Part shown: one piece after another, positions 28,596-37,710 of the stretch
How the letters are laid out: each line of letters starts with the position of its first letter
Numbering within the stretch: position 1 is the stretch's first letter
Assembly (NCBI GenBank): GCA_963837955.1
Contig: CAWIPH010000002.1
Span: 2,996,487 to 3,060,486 of the forward strand
DNA: 64,000 bases
Direction of reading: 5' to 3'
Source: an uncultured Verrucomicrobiae bacterium
GTDB taxonomy: Bacteria; Verrucomicrobiota; Verrucomicrobiia; Chthoniobacterales; JAFAMB01
Translations under genes and position numbers: made by a program
The notes under the pieces: model-generated
The model's database searches: none
What the model was told of the DNA's origin: nothing
What the model saw: the letters and a program-made list of their open reading frames with translations, nothing else

Positions 28596-28972
28596 AGCGC
28601 CGCGGCATCATTGTTCGCGGCATCCGACCAATCCACTTGGAACCGGTCGCGCCGACAGAGTGACTCCAGAAAGAACCTCTCCGGAGCGTGCTCGAGGCAG
28701 GATCTAAGAATTCTTCTCAAAGCAGAACGACACACCACGAATCGGTCGCGATTGGATTCCTTTCGAAACCGGTACGCTCGCTCTGGTTCAATTAGTTCTC
28801 GAATATCCCAATCGCAGTCTCCGACCGCCACATCTAATGATACCCTGCATATATGGAGGCTCGATTCTGGAAGAATGCACGCGGATGAAACCACCTCAAG
28901 GTAATCACAGATCACGGATCCTATGCCTTCCCTCTTCCTGCCCGGAATCAAATCGGTGTCTTGAAAGTCCAT
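28592..28972 (-). pseudogene. Truncated Sfp-type 4'-phosphopantetheinyl transferase remnant (N-terminal ~100 aa only)
   Basis: It aligns by eye with the N-terminus of the full PPTase at 39655..40338. (V)ICDYLEVVSSACILPESS...DWDI..E.ERAYRFRKESNRDRFVVCRSALRRIL....APER matches MICHYPKMILPALCLPESS...DWDILESTERERAHRFRREIDRERFVVCRSILKRIL....APER. Similarity ends after APER. The catalytic GVDIE and W..KEA..K motifs are absent. An equivalent GTG start lies at 28915. Confidence 0.6.
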
Positions 28973-29132
28973 CGAATGGAGGAGATCGACCCTATTGGTG
29001 GCTTCTAAAGCGCTGCCCTAACAAAAATTGCGGCTATTCCCATACCTGTACTCCGAGCGCTGCTGTAGATCGAAAGTCACGCAACGTGATACAGTCCAAG
29101 CACCCAGCAGTGCTTGCCAAAAGCCTGGGTGC

Positions 29133-32100
29133 CTACGGCCCGGCTTTCCTGAAAACTATGTGCTCCTGAATGGGAGGCTGCGCCCCTGTTTGACAACTAA
29201 GTAACCCTGTCAACTTCCTGGCCACGTCCTCCGCTCCTGGCTCACGGATGAAAGAGACATGATCACCATCGAACTCGCAAATAGCTAGCTGAGATATCAA
29301 CTTTCCCCAACCATTCTGGGGATCGAATTCGATCGTCTTGCTCCGATCGCGGGCCCGGAGAAGTGTCGCAGCGCCGGCGAACGGTTTTGGCTCCCATTCA
29401 GACGATAGTTTCCGAAGAACAGTGGCCACATGCTGATGCTCCGGTTCTACCCATTCGATGTATTCCGGTCTTGAGCCATTTCTCTTCTCCAAAATCTTTT
29501 CTTTGGCCAAGTGTGCTCTCCACCGTAGATAACTTACCCAATCCTTCCAGCCGCGGCTTTTGAGAATGCTAAACCGGTATCTAATCCGTGTTGCCCGCTG
29601 TGCCATCTTCTCTCGGAATGACCAACGAATGTTCAGCTCCGAGGTGACGCTGTCTAAAATTGCTAGCAGGCTGATCTCCTTTCCGGTTAACTTAAGCTGA
29701 CGCGCGACCTCGAATGCGAGGAAACCGCCATAAGAATATCCAGCCAGGTTGTATGGCCCTGCTGGCTGAACCCGCAGAATTTCTTCGACGTAAAGTGCAG
29801 CCAACTCTTCCATCGAAGACACCGCCTCAGGATTTTTGTCGATCTGCGCCGCCCTGACTCCAAATACCGGTTGGGTTGGTTCCAGATGGCGTACGATATG
29901 CCGATATAAAAGAATCTCGCCGTTCACCGCGTGAAGAAAGAAAAGCGGCGATTTCGAGCCTGCCGAATGGATCGGCACGATGCATTGACTTGCGACTGCG
30001 TGGCCACCGCGAATCAAGCGAGAGAGGCTTTCAATGGTTCTGGCCTCAAAAAGCGTACCGACTCCGAGATCAAGCCCAAAGCCCTTCTTAATCTTGGTGA
30101 ACAAGCGCACGGCGATTAAGGAATGCCCTCCCAAATCAAAGAAGTCATCGCGCGCGCCCACCTGCTCAACTCCGAGAAGGTCGCTCCACCACGAAACTAG
30201 GGTGCGTTCGATATCATCGCCCGGCGCTATTTCATCTCCGCCAACTAAGGGCTCAGGATTGTGCCGCGGAGTAGATTTTCTTTGGCCTGGCGCAACCGCG
30301 CGCTCCAACTGCAGAGAGGCCGGTGCAACAATGAGTTGTGGACGCAAACCAGCTTCCAGTAGGCGCTCAAGAGCCACAATTCCCTGATCGGTTGTTATCG
30401 CTGTTTCTTCTTCATCGGTCTTCGATTCAAAACTGACCGGAATAGGCCGTTGCCGGTCAAAGTCCGTCTCCGTGCCTTCATGATAAAACATCGCGATATC
30501 CGTTACTCGCCGCAGAACGAATTCGTTGGCAGTAGCCAACACCGCGCCGCGCTCATCCAATAACGTTAAATCGAAAGTGACGATCTCATCTTGAATATTG
30601 TTATCTGTCGTCCACGTGATATGCGCATAACAATGGCGAGGTAACGCACCGTAGACGCGGAGACGCTGATACAGAATCGGGACGTAGAGATCCTCCGTTT
30701 TTTCGTAGCCAGAGATAGCGAACATCGCGGATCCGGTCGCAACGTCTAACAGAGCAGGATGTAACCCCACACTTTCTAGGTCAGATGTGAACTCCTCCGG
30801 CAACTCTGAAAAGCTAATCAGCTCCCGTTCTCCAAAATGAATTCGTCGTAAGGAACGCCAGCGCGGTCCGAAGTACAGAAACTTGGCCTGTTTCGTGTTT
30901 TGCACGTCAGATGAAAATGTCAGTGTGCTGCGACTACATCGTCGCAACGTTTCATCTAGAGGAAAGCGCTCCGGCGAAGTCTCTTCGGGAAAGTGCAGGG
31001 TAGCGGACACGCATTCGGTCGTCGGAGATTTTCCCTCCTGCCGTCGCGCTGCTGAGACAGAAAATCGCCACTCGTCCCCAGTCTTGAAAATTCGACTCTG
31101 AATCGCCCTGGTCTTGCCAAAATCGACCATCAGCGGTGCCGCGAAAGACAAATTTCGCAGCTCAAAGCCTCCGGCGCGGAAATGTTTGGATGCGAGAACC
31201 CGAGCAATTTCTATATAGCCAGTGCCCGGTAACAAAGCCTCTGCACCGTGAAACCGGTGCTCGTTCAGTACCCAGTGGCGTTCGAAACTTAATTCCTGCT
31301 CGTAACAGACTTCCTGGTCGTTAGCGCGAACGCATCGACCGGCGAGCCAATTCGGAGGTCTCTGTCCGGTTGAATCTGAACCAGGCTGGACCTTGTTCGT
31401 TGCTGCTAAACCCACGTCCCGCCACCGCCCCCAGTTAATCGCCATGACGTTCTTCCGACCCAGTGAATGCATCATTTGGGAGAACGCATCCTCAAAAGCG
31501 TTCGCTGCCGCGTAGTCGACTTGTCCAACCGGTGCTATCAGACTGCTGATCGAAGAAAAGAGCAGAAAAAAATCTAAATCGATTCCGGAAAGAGCCGCAT
31601 TTAAATTCAAGGTACCTTTGACCTTTGGTGCCAGCACGCTTTCCGCGCGATCCCTCTCTTTCAATTGGATCACTTCGTCATGAATCGTGCCGGCACAATG
31701 GAACACGCCGTCGATCGTTCCCCATCGGTTCAGAATCGATGAAACGGCTTGGTGCATATCGTCCAGAAGTGTGACATCGCCACGCAAAGCGATGACCTCG
31801 GCACCCATTTTTTCCAGTTGCTTTACTTTTCGAATTCTTTCCTGCAACGGCTCCGCGGCCGTGAGCAACAAACTCTCCCAATCCGCCCTGGCCGGTAGCC
31901 CAGTCCGGTCGACCAACGCGATCCTCGCACCCTTCTTTCGCGCAAGAAATTCCGATACAGCGTAACCGATTCCACCCAGGCCCCCAGTGATTAGGTAAAC
32001 CCCGTCGCGCTTTATTCGCTGCAGGTCAGATCTCGGAGCAAGCTGAACGGATTCGATAGCCGAGACCCAACGTTCACCCTGGCGATACGCAATAATAGTA

Positions 32101-35100
32101 TCGTTGTTGTCTTGGCTCTGTTCGGCCAGAATCTGTTGGGCCAACCGAAGTAGCCCGCTCCGACCGGAAGCGGCCTCTTGTGATTGCACGTCGATCCAGC
32201 GAGCGTTTATCCTGGGGTATTCCCGCGGGATGACCTTGATCGGTCCCATCAGTACTGCCCGTTCCGCGCTCAGGATCTCTTCCCCCCCGACGGAATGGAG
32301 GTCGTTTGAAACGACGGTCAATTCGATGGGTTCGTTGATATCTTGGGCGCCAATTGCCTGCGCTAGAAATACCAGACTATGAAAGCATCTTTCCTGGAAC
32401 GAACCTTCGCCATCCAAGGTGGATCGCGACGAAGTTGGCTCGTAGATGGGCCATAGATAAATGATTCCCCGGGGCGCACCTCGATCTTCCAAACAATGCC
32501 GCAACAGAAGATCAAAATCGGATCGAGATGCCGGATCGACTCGGAAAGCATTTCGATTCAGCACCCCAAATTCGGACCCATACGCTACACTGACCGTGTC
32601 AACCTCTCGCGCTCGCAGTTCACCTGCGAGGCAGTCACCCAAACCAAGCGGATCGCTGAAGATCAGCCACCAACCCGTCGTATCAACTTGCGTCAGGTGC
32701 GATGGAGATTCGACAGCCTTACGCCAGACCGGCTGAAAAAAAACTAACTCTTTATTTTTCGTCTTTTCAACGACCTCAGGAACCGCTTTGGCCAATTGAA
32801 CTTCGGCGGGAGCTTCAATCCAAAATCGTTGTCGCTCGAATGGATAAGTCGGAAGCAGAACTGGGTGACACTTGTCGCCCTGGTGAAACTCCGTCCAGTT
32901 AACATCGGCGCCGACAGCCCAAAGCCGACCTAGTGTGGTGAGAAGCAGCTGCTGGTCATTTACCGATTCACGTGGTCCTCGGACTGACGAGAACACTTTT
33001 CCAAAATCATTTTTCGAAACGTGACGCTTGGTCAGACCGGACAGCACCTGTCCCGGACCAACCTCCAGAAACGCTCCTGCACCTCGCTCGATCACCTGGC
33101 GAATACCGTTCGAGAACTGGACTGTGCTCCGGATCTGTTTAGCCCAATACCCAGGATCAATGGCATGCTCCGGTTTAATCCAATCTCCAGTGAAGTTTGA
33201 AACGAAGGGAATCTGAGGCGGCCTTAGCCGGCAGTGCCCAACAAATTCAACAAATGGTTGGAGAATCGAATCAGCCGAAGCAGAATGAAAAGCGTGCGAA
33301 GTCTGTAACCGTTGGGCACTCTTATCTGCGCGGCGTAAGCGCTGCGCCAGATCATCAATAGCAGTCTCCGGCCCCGAAAATACACATTGATCAGGCGCGT
33401 TTACCGCTGCCAGGGAAACCTCTGCCGGCAGCCACGCTGCAGCTTCCGACTCCGGCAGATTCGCCGCCAACATTCCGCCTGGGGACATGCTCTGCATGAG
33501 TTGCGCTCGGAGCGCCACAATGCTCAGAGCATCTTCCAAGGAGAATACTTGAGCGATGGTGGCTGCCACTAGCTCGCCAATACTGTGCCCAATCATGCAG
33601 TCGGGACGTATACCCCAGGCCGACCAAAGCTTTGCTAGCGCCAGCTCTACTACAAAAAGCGCCGGTTGGGTGAACCTGGTTTGATTGAGAAGCTTCGTTG
33701 CCTCTTCCCGCCCAGATTCGGTGGGATAAAGTAACGTTCGAATATCAATGCCAATATGGGGCCGCAAAAGTTCCGAACAGCGATCGACTTCTCCAGAAAA
33801 GACTCGCTCACCCGCATAAAGATCACTCGTCATGCCGGCGTATTGGGTGCCCTGTCCGGGGAATAAAAAAGCCAGGGAAGAACGCGATGGCGCGGCGCCA
33901 CTCACGACATTTCTTCCATTTTCGTTGCGCAGTGCCTGAACCGCTTCAGCGACCGAGCCGCATACCGCTGCCCAGCGATGAGTAAAAGCCCGTCTCCCTC
34001 GATGACAAGTGAATGCTACGTCGGCTAAATTCACGTCTGGATCATTTTGCAGATGGTCCGCCATTCTTTGCAGTGCTCTAACCAATGCTGCCTCCGTTTT
34101 AGCGGACAGCGTCAGCAACTGCGGAGAGCGTTGCGAGTGTGACGAAGCCGTGGGCGGCGCTTCCTCCAGAATAACGTGCGCATTCGTTCCCCCAATTCCC
34201 AGCGACGTGACTCCAGCTCGCCGTGATCCCTTGAGCGATTTCCATTCGGACAACTGCGCGTTAACGTAGAACGGACTATTTTCGAAATCGATCAACGGAT
34301 TCGGCTTCGTAAAATGAAGACTTGGCGGGATTTGACGGCGCTCCAGTGCCAAGACGGTCTTAATAAAGCCGGCGACTCCGGCGGCAGCATCCAGATGTCC
34401 CACGTTGCTTTTGAGGGAGCCGATGGCACACGTCCTTTTCGCACCGGTAGACTGAAATGCTTTGGTCAGGGCAGTGATTTCGATTGGGTCACCAACAGCG
34501 GTGCCGGTCCCATGGGTCTCCACATATGCAACCGACTCGGGTTCAATACCAGCAACAGCTAGCGCCTGCCGCACCACTTCGGATTGGCCAACGACGCTCG
34601 GCGCGAAAAAGCCTGCCTTGCGAGCCCCGTCGTTGTTGACTGCCGTCCCCAGAATAACGGCATGAATTCGATCGCCGTCTTGAATGGCGTTTTCCAAACG
34701 TCGAAGCACTACGACGCCTAGTCCGCTACTGAATACTGTGCCGCTTGAGTCGGCGGCAAACGGACGGCAACGCCCGTCCCGCGAAAGAATCTCGCCAGGG
34801 CGATAAAGGTAGCCGCAGCCATGAGGTATTTCGATAGTTACGCCGCCCGCTAAAGCCATATCGCACTCCTGACCCAACAAACTCTGACACGCGAGATGAA
34901 TGGCCACGAGCGAGGTGGAGCAGGCCGTCTGAACCGACATGCTCGGTCCGTTTAGATCGAGCTGATATGAGACTCGCGTCGCCAAGACATCTTTATCGTT
35001 TCCGGTTTGCTTAATCAGAAAGAGTCCCGATGTTTCCATCACCTTCCGGTTCGGCAATAGATTGTGAATCAGATAGCTGCTCATGCCCGAACCTGCGTAT

Positions 35101-35465
35101 ACGCCGATTGATCCGGGGAATTGACTCGAATCCCAGCCAGCGTTCTCTAATGCTTCCCAGGAACACTCGAGAAACAGGCGATGCTGCGGGTCCATTATTG
35201 CTGCATCTCTCGGACTGAACCCAAAAAAATCGGCATCGAATTGATCTATTCCTTCCAGTACAGCAGCTCGTTTAACGTAATGCTCGTCCTGAGTAATCGA
35301 TTGATCGACTCCGGCTGCCTCTAGATCGGCGTCTGTTAGATCCTTAATCGATTCGCGACCCTCACGAAGGTTTTCCCAAAATTGATCAAGGCTCTGCGCT
35401 CCTGGAAAACGTCCTGCCATCCCGACCACTGCGATGGCAGAGCTGTTGATCTCGGGCTGATTCAT
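29133..35465 (-). CDS. Type I polyketide synthase, single module KS-AT-(~275 aa unassigned)-KR-DH-CP-TE
   Basis: Domain positions are approximate. KS spans aa ~9-435 (VQTACSTSLVA with C182, ETHGTGT, NVGHLD). AT spans aa ~531-830 (GHSIGE, HAFH). KR spans aa ~1155-1345 (TGGLGGIG, LLDD, VDYAAANAF). DH spans aa ~1385-1660 (HRFHGAEALLPG, YFGPRW, HPALLD). The carrier spans aa ~1745-1820 (FFDLGGHSLIAV, Ser codon 30120-30122). TE spans aa ~1828-2095 (GYSYGG, ILDSV, GDH). Confidence 0.95.
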   Translation of the reverse strand: MNQPEINSSAIAVVGMAGRFPGAQSLDQFWENLREGRESIKDLTDADLEAAGVDQSITQDEHYVKRAAVLEGIDQFDADFFGFSPRDAAIMDPQHRLFLECSWEALENAGWDSSQFPGSIGVYAGSGMSSYLIHNLLPNRKVMETSGLFLIKQTGNDKDVLATRVSYQLDLNGPSMSVQTACSTSLVAIHLACQSLLGQECDMALAGGVTIEIPHGCGYLYRPGEILSRDGRCRPFAADSSGTVFSSGLGVVVLRRLENAIQDGDRIHAVILGTAVNNDGARKAGFFAPSVVGQSEVVRQALAVAGIEPESVAYVETHGTGTAVGDPIEITALTKAFQSTGAKRTCAIGSLKSNVGHLDAAAGVAGFIKTVLALERRQIPPSLHFTKPNPLIDFENSPFYVNAQLSEWKSLKGSRRAGVTSLGIGGTNAHVILEEAPPTASSHSQRSPQLLTLSAKTEAALVRALQRMADHLQNDPDVNLADVAFTCHRGRRAFTHRWAAVCGSVAEAVQALRNENGRNVVSGAAPSRSSLAFLFPGQGTQYAGMTSDLYAGERVFSGEVDRCSELLRPHIGIDIRTLLYPTESGREEATKLLNQTRFTQPALFVVELALAKLWSAWGIRPDCMIGHSIGELVAATIAQVFSLEDALSIVALRAQLMQSMSPGGMLAANLPESEAAAWLPAEVSLAAVNAPDQCVFSGPETAIDDLAQRLRRADKSAQRLQTSHAFHSASADSILQPFVEFVGHCRLRPPQIPFVSNFTGDWIKPEHAIDPGYWAKQIRSTVQFSNGIRQVIERGAGAFLEVGPGQVLSGLTKRHVSKNDFGKVFSSVRGPRESVNDQQLLLTTLGRLWAVGADVNWTEFHQGDKCHPVLLPTYPFERQRFWIEAPAEVQLAKAVPEVVEKTKNKELVFFQPVWRKAVESPSHLTQVDTTGWWLIFSDPLGLGDCLAGELRAREVDTVSVAYGSEFGVLNRNAFRVDPASRSDFDLLLRHCLEDRGAPRGIIYLWPIYEPTSSRSTLDGEGSFQERCFHSLVFLAQAIGAQDINEPIELTVVSNDLHSVGGEEILSAERAVLMGPIKVIPREYPRINARWIDVQSQEAASGRSGLLRLAQQILAEQSQDNNDTIIAYRQGERWVSAIESVQLAPRSDLQRIKRDGVYLITGGLGGIGYAVSEFLARKKGARIALVDRTGLPARADWESLLLTAAEPLQERIRKVKQLEKMGAEVIALRGDVTLLDDMHQAVSSILNRWGTIDGVFHCAGTIHDEVIQLKERDRAESVLAPKVKGTLNLNAALSGIDLDFFLLFSSISSLIAPVGQVDYAAANAFEDAFSQMMHSLGRKNVMAINWGRWRDVGLAATNKVQPGSDSTGQRPPNWLAGRCVRANDQEVCYEQELSFERHWVLNEHRFHGAEALLPGTGYIEIARVLASKHFRAGGFELRNLSFAAPLMVDFGKTRAIQSRIFKTGDEWRFSVSAARRQEGKSPTTECVSATLHFPEETSPERFPLDETLRRCSRSTLTFSSDVQNTKQAKFLYFGPRWRSLRRIHFGERELISFSELPEEFTSDLESVGLHPALLDVATGSAMFAISGYEKTEDLYVPILYQRLRVYGALPRHCYAHITWTTDNNIQDEIVTFDLTLLDERGAVLATANEFVLRRVTDIAMFYHEGTETDFDRQRPIPVSFESKTDEEETAITTDQGIVALERLLEAGLRPQLIVAPASLQLERAVAPGQRKSTPRHNPEPLVGGDEIAPGDDIERTLVSWWSDLLGVEQVGARDDFFDLGGHSLIAVRLFTKIKKGFGLDLGVGTLFEARTIESLSRLIRGGHAVASQCIVPIHSAGSKSPLFFLHAVNGEILLYRHIVRHLEPTQPVFGVRAAQIDKNPEAVSSMEELAALYVEEILRVQPAGPYNLAGYSYGGFLAFEVARQLKLTGKEISLLAILDSVTSELNIRWSFREKMAQRATRIRYRFSILKSRGWKDWVSYLRWRAHLAKEKILEKRNGSRPEYIEWVEPEHQHVATVLRKLSSEWEPKPFAGAATLLRARDRSKTIEFDPQNGWGKLISQLAICEFDGDHVSFIREPGAEDVARKLTGLLSCQTGAQPPIQEHIVFRKAGP

Positions 35466-35603
35466 CGAGGCGAAAAAACTTGAAGAACAGTCGATAGATC
35501 AAAAACTTTTGTTTGTTTATCTTGAGCATCCGATGAGCAAACTGAAGCCTTTACCCTGTCGAACCCTGATGCTTCAAATGAAAAGCTTGGCATGAAGCCC
35601 CTC

Positions 35604-37571
35604 CTATTCGGATCTTCCGGGCTTTGATTTGCCGCGTCGCAGCAACGCTTCGCGCCGGGATTGACCGCGGAGAGTTCCATCTGCGCCGGAGGTACCGCCC
35701 TCGATCGTACCATTCAAATGACGAGCTAACAATTCGACCGTCGAATGCTCAAACAGTTCAGGCAGGGTGACGCTAATTCGCAACTGTTCCCTAAGTCTCG
35801 TAACGACCTCGACAAACGACATTGAGTTCGCTCCCAGATCGATGAAATTCTTTTGATGATCAACCGTTTGTGCGTTTAACGCCTCGCACCAGATGGAAGC
35901 AACAACTTCTTCCAACTTCGAGGCATTTTGGAGATGGTGCGCCGACGCAACGGTTGGGGTCCGTACAGTTTTCAAGGCGCGACGATCGACCTTGCCGTTT
36001 GGCGTAAACGGCATTGAGTCGATGTAGAAGAACGCAGAAGGAATCATGTGCGATGGTATCATCGTCTCCAGAAACGCATGAAGCTCACTCGGAGGAACCA
36101 CCGTCTGGTCTGCGCCAGTGATATAGGCGAGAAGCGTCTGCTCGCCGGACCGTTCAGACTTTGCAATCACGGCGCAATTCCCCACTCGCGGATGCTTCTG
36201 AAGATGCGACTCGATCTCCTCCAGTTCGATCCGGAACCCGTGGATCTTCACCTGATTGTCAACTCGACCAAGAAATTCTAACTCACCGTTTGGCCGATAC
36301 CGAACAACATCACCTGTCCGGTAGAATCTCGCACCTGGCCGTGGATCGAACGGGTTAACCAGAAATTTTTCCGCGGTTAGCTCCGGCCGATTCAGGTAGC
36401 CACGGACGACTCCGGCACCACCAATAAATAACTCTCCTTGCGCCCCGATCGGCACCCTTCGAAGATCCTCATCGAGGACATACATTTCTGTATTGGCTAT
36501 CGGTTTACCGATCGGAACTGTCTGCTCACTACTTTGCAGGCGGTAAATTGCCGACCATACGGTGGTCTCGGTCGGTCCGTATGCATTTAGCACAACGCCA
36601 GATACCGAAGCAGTAAGCATCACCGCTAAAGAACTCGGAAACGGTTCTCCTCCAACTACCAGCCTTTTGATCGAGCGAAGGGCATCTCGGAGATTTCCGC
36701 TTTCGGATAACCACCGGATAAGCGACGGCGTGCACTGGAAGTGCGTCACTTGATATCGCTCGATTAGACGATGAATCGTGTATTCTCCATTTAGCGCGAG
36801 CTTGTCGACATCACTTTGCAGGACGATGGTAAATCCCCGCGCCAAAGTCCAAAACAACTCCAGCACCGAGATATCAAACGAAATGCTGGTGACAGCTAAC
36901 CAGACGCCCGGTCCGCCGCCCACAAACTCGTCCATGGCCACAAAGAAGTTGCTAACGTTCCGATGCTCAATCATGACTCCCTTTGGAACGCCGCTCGACC
37001 CCGAGGTATAGATGACATACGCGAGGTTGCTGCCTTGCGCCCTACTCCGCTGACTCGGCTCCCGATTCAAATCGAGGTCTGGCAAATCTTGGTCTGTAAA
37101 GAGCATTTGAACCAAAGCATTCGAGAAACGATCGGCCAAGGATTTCTGGGTGATGAGGATCGGCGTTCCGGAGTCGCTCAACATGAGTTGAAGCCGTTCA
37201 TCCGGGAACTCCGGATCGAGCGGAAGGTAGGCCGCGCCTGTCTTCAGGATCGCTAAAAGCGCCACGATCAGGTCTACCGACCGGGGAACACAAGCTGCAA
37301 CAATTACCTCCGCTCGCGCACCGAGCTTACTAAGCACTTCAGCTAAGGCTTCGGCACGTGCATTTAGTTCTCGATAGGTAAGGCTCTTTCCTTTGAAAAT
37401 TACGGCGGTATGCTCCGGGCTCCGCCGCACTTGTTCCGTAAAGTAATCCTGGATGCATTTTTCCTCTGGGTATTCAGTGCCCGTCGCGTTCCATGCGGCG
37501 AAGATTTCATCCGCTTCACTCTCGCTGATGATCTCGCGAGTGGCGGTGTACGGTAATGCGTTTTCCCTCAT
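35604..37571 (-). CDS. Stand-alone NRPS-type adenylation + carrier (A-T) didomain protein, probable loading module
   Basis: Adenylation motifs are LTYRELNARAEALA, LAYVIYTSGSSGVPKGV, NAYGPTE, GELFIGGAGVVRGY, YRTGDVVRY and NGKVDRRAL. A C-terminal carrier follows, with FIDLGANSMSFV. There is no C or TE domain. Confidence 0.9.
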   Translation of the reverse strand: MRENALPYTATREIISESEADEIFAAWNATGTEYPEEKCIQDYFTEQVRRSPEHTAVIFKGKSLTYRELNARAEALAEVLSKLGARAEVIVAACVPRSVDLIVALLAILKTGAAYLPLDPEFPDERLQLMLSDSGTPILITQKSLADRFSNALVQMLFTDQDLPDLDLNREPSQRSRAQGSNLAYVIYTSGSSGVPKGVMIEHRNVSNFFVAMDEFVGGGPGVWLAVTSISFDISVLELFWTLARGFTIVLQSDVDKLALNGEYTIHRLIERYQVTHFQCTPSLIRWLSESGNLRDALRSIKRLVVGGEPFPSSLAVMLTASVSGVVLNAYGPTETTVWSAIYRLQSSEQTVPIGKPIANTEMYVLDEDLRRVPIGAQGELFIGGAGVVRGYLNRPELTAEKFLVNPFDPRPGARFYRTGDVVRYRPNGELEFLGRVDNQVKIHGFRIELEEIESHLQKHPRVGNCAVIAKSERSGEQTLLAYITGADQTVVPPSELHAFLETMIPSHMIPSAFFYIDSMPFTPNGKVDRRALKTVRTPTVASAHHLQNASKLEEVVASIWCEALNAQTVDHQKNFIDLGANSMSFVEVVTRLREQLRISVTLPELFEHSTVELLARHLNGTIEGGTSGADGTLRGQSRREALLRRGKSKPGRSE

Positions 37572-37710
37572 TTCTTACAAAGCTCCGGAGATTGCGTTTA
37601 TTGTAGTTAATATCCGCCTTCCGGATCGTTTTCGATTTACCATACAGAATTCGGAGACACCGATTCTCAGTCGGTTAACTCCGCGATACACCAGAGTTTC
37701 GTCCGATGTT

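Noticed and set aside
35462-35713. 83-aa ORF between the PKS start and the A-T gene; considered as a possible MbtH-like or small carrier protein
   Set aside because: It overlaps the last 110 nt of the A-T gene in another frame. It has none of the MbtH signature (conserved Trp/Pro pattern) and no carrier Ser motif. Its composition looks like a shadow ORF.
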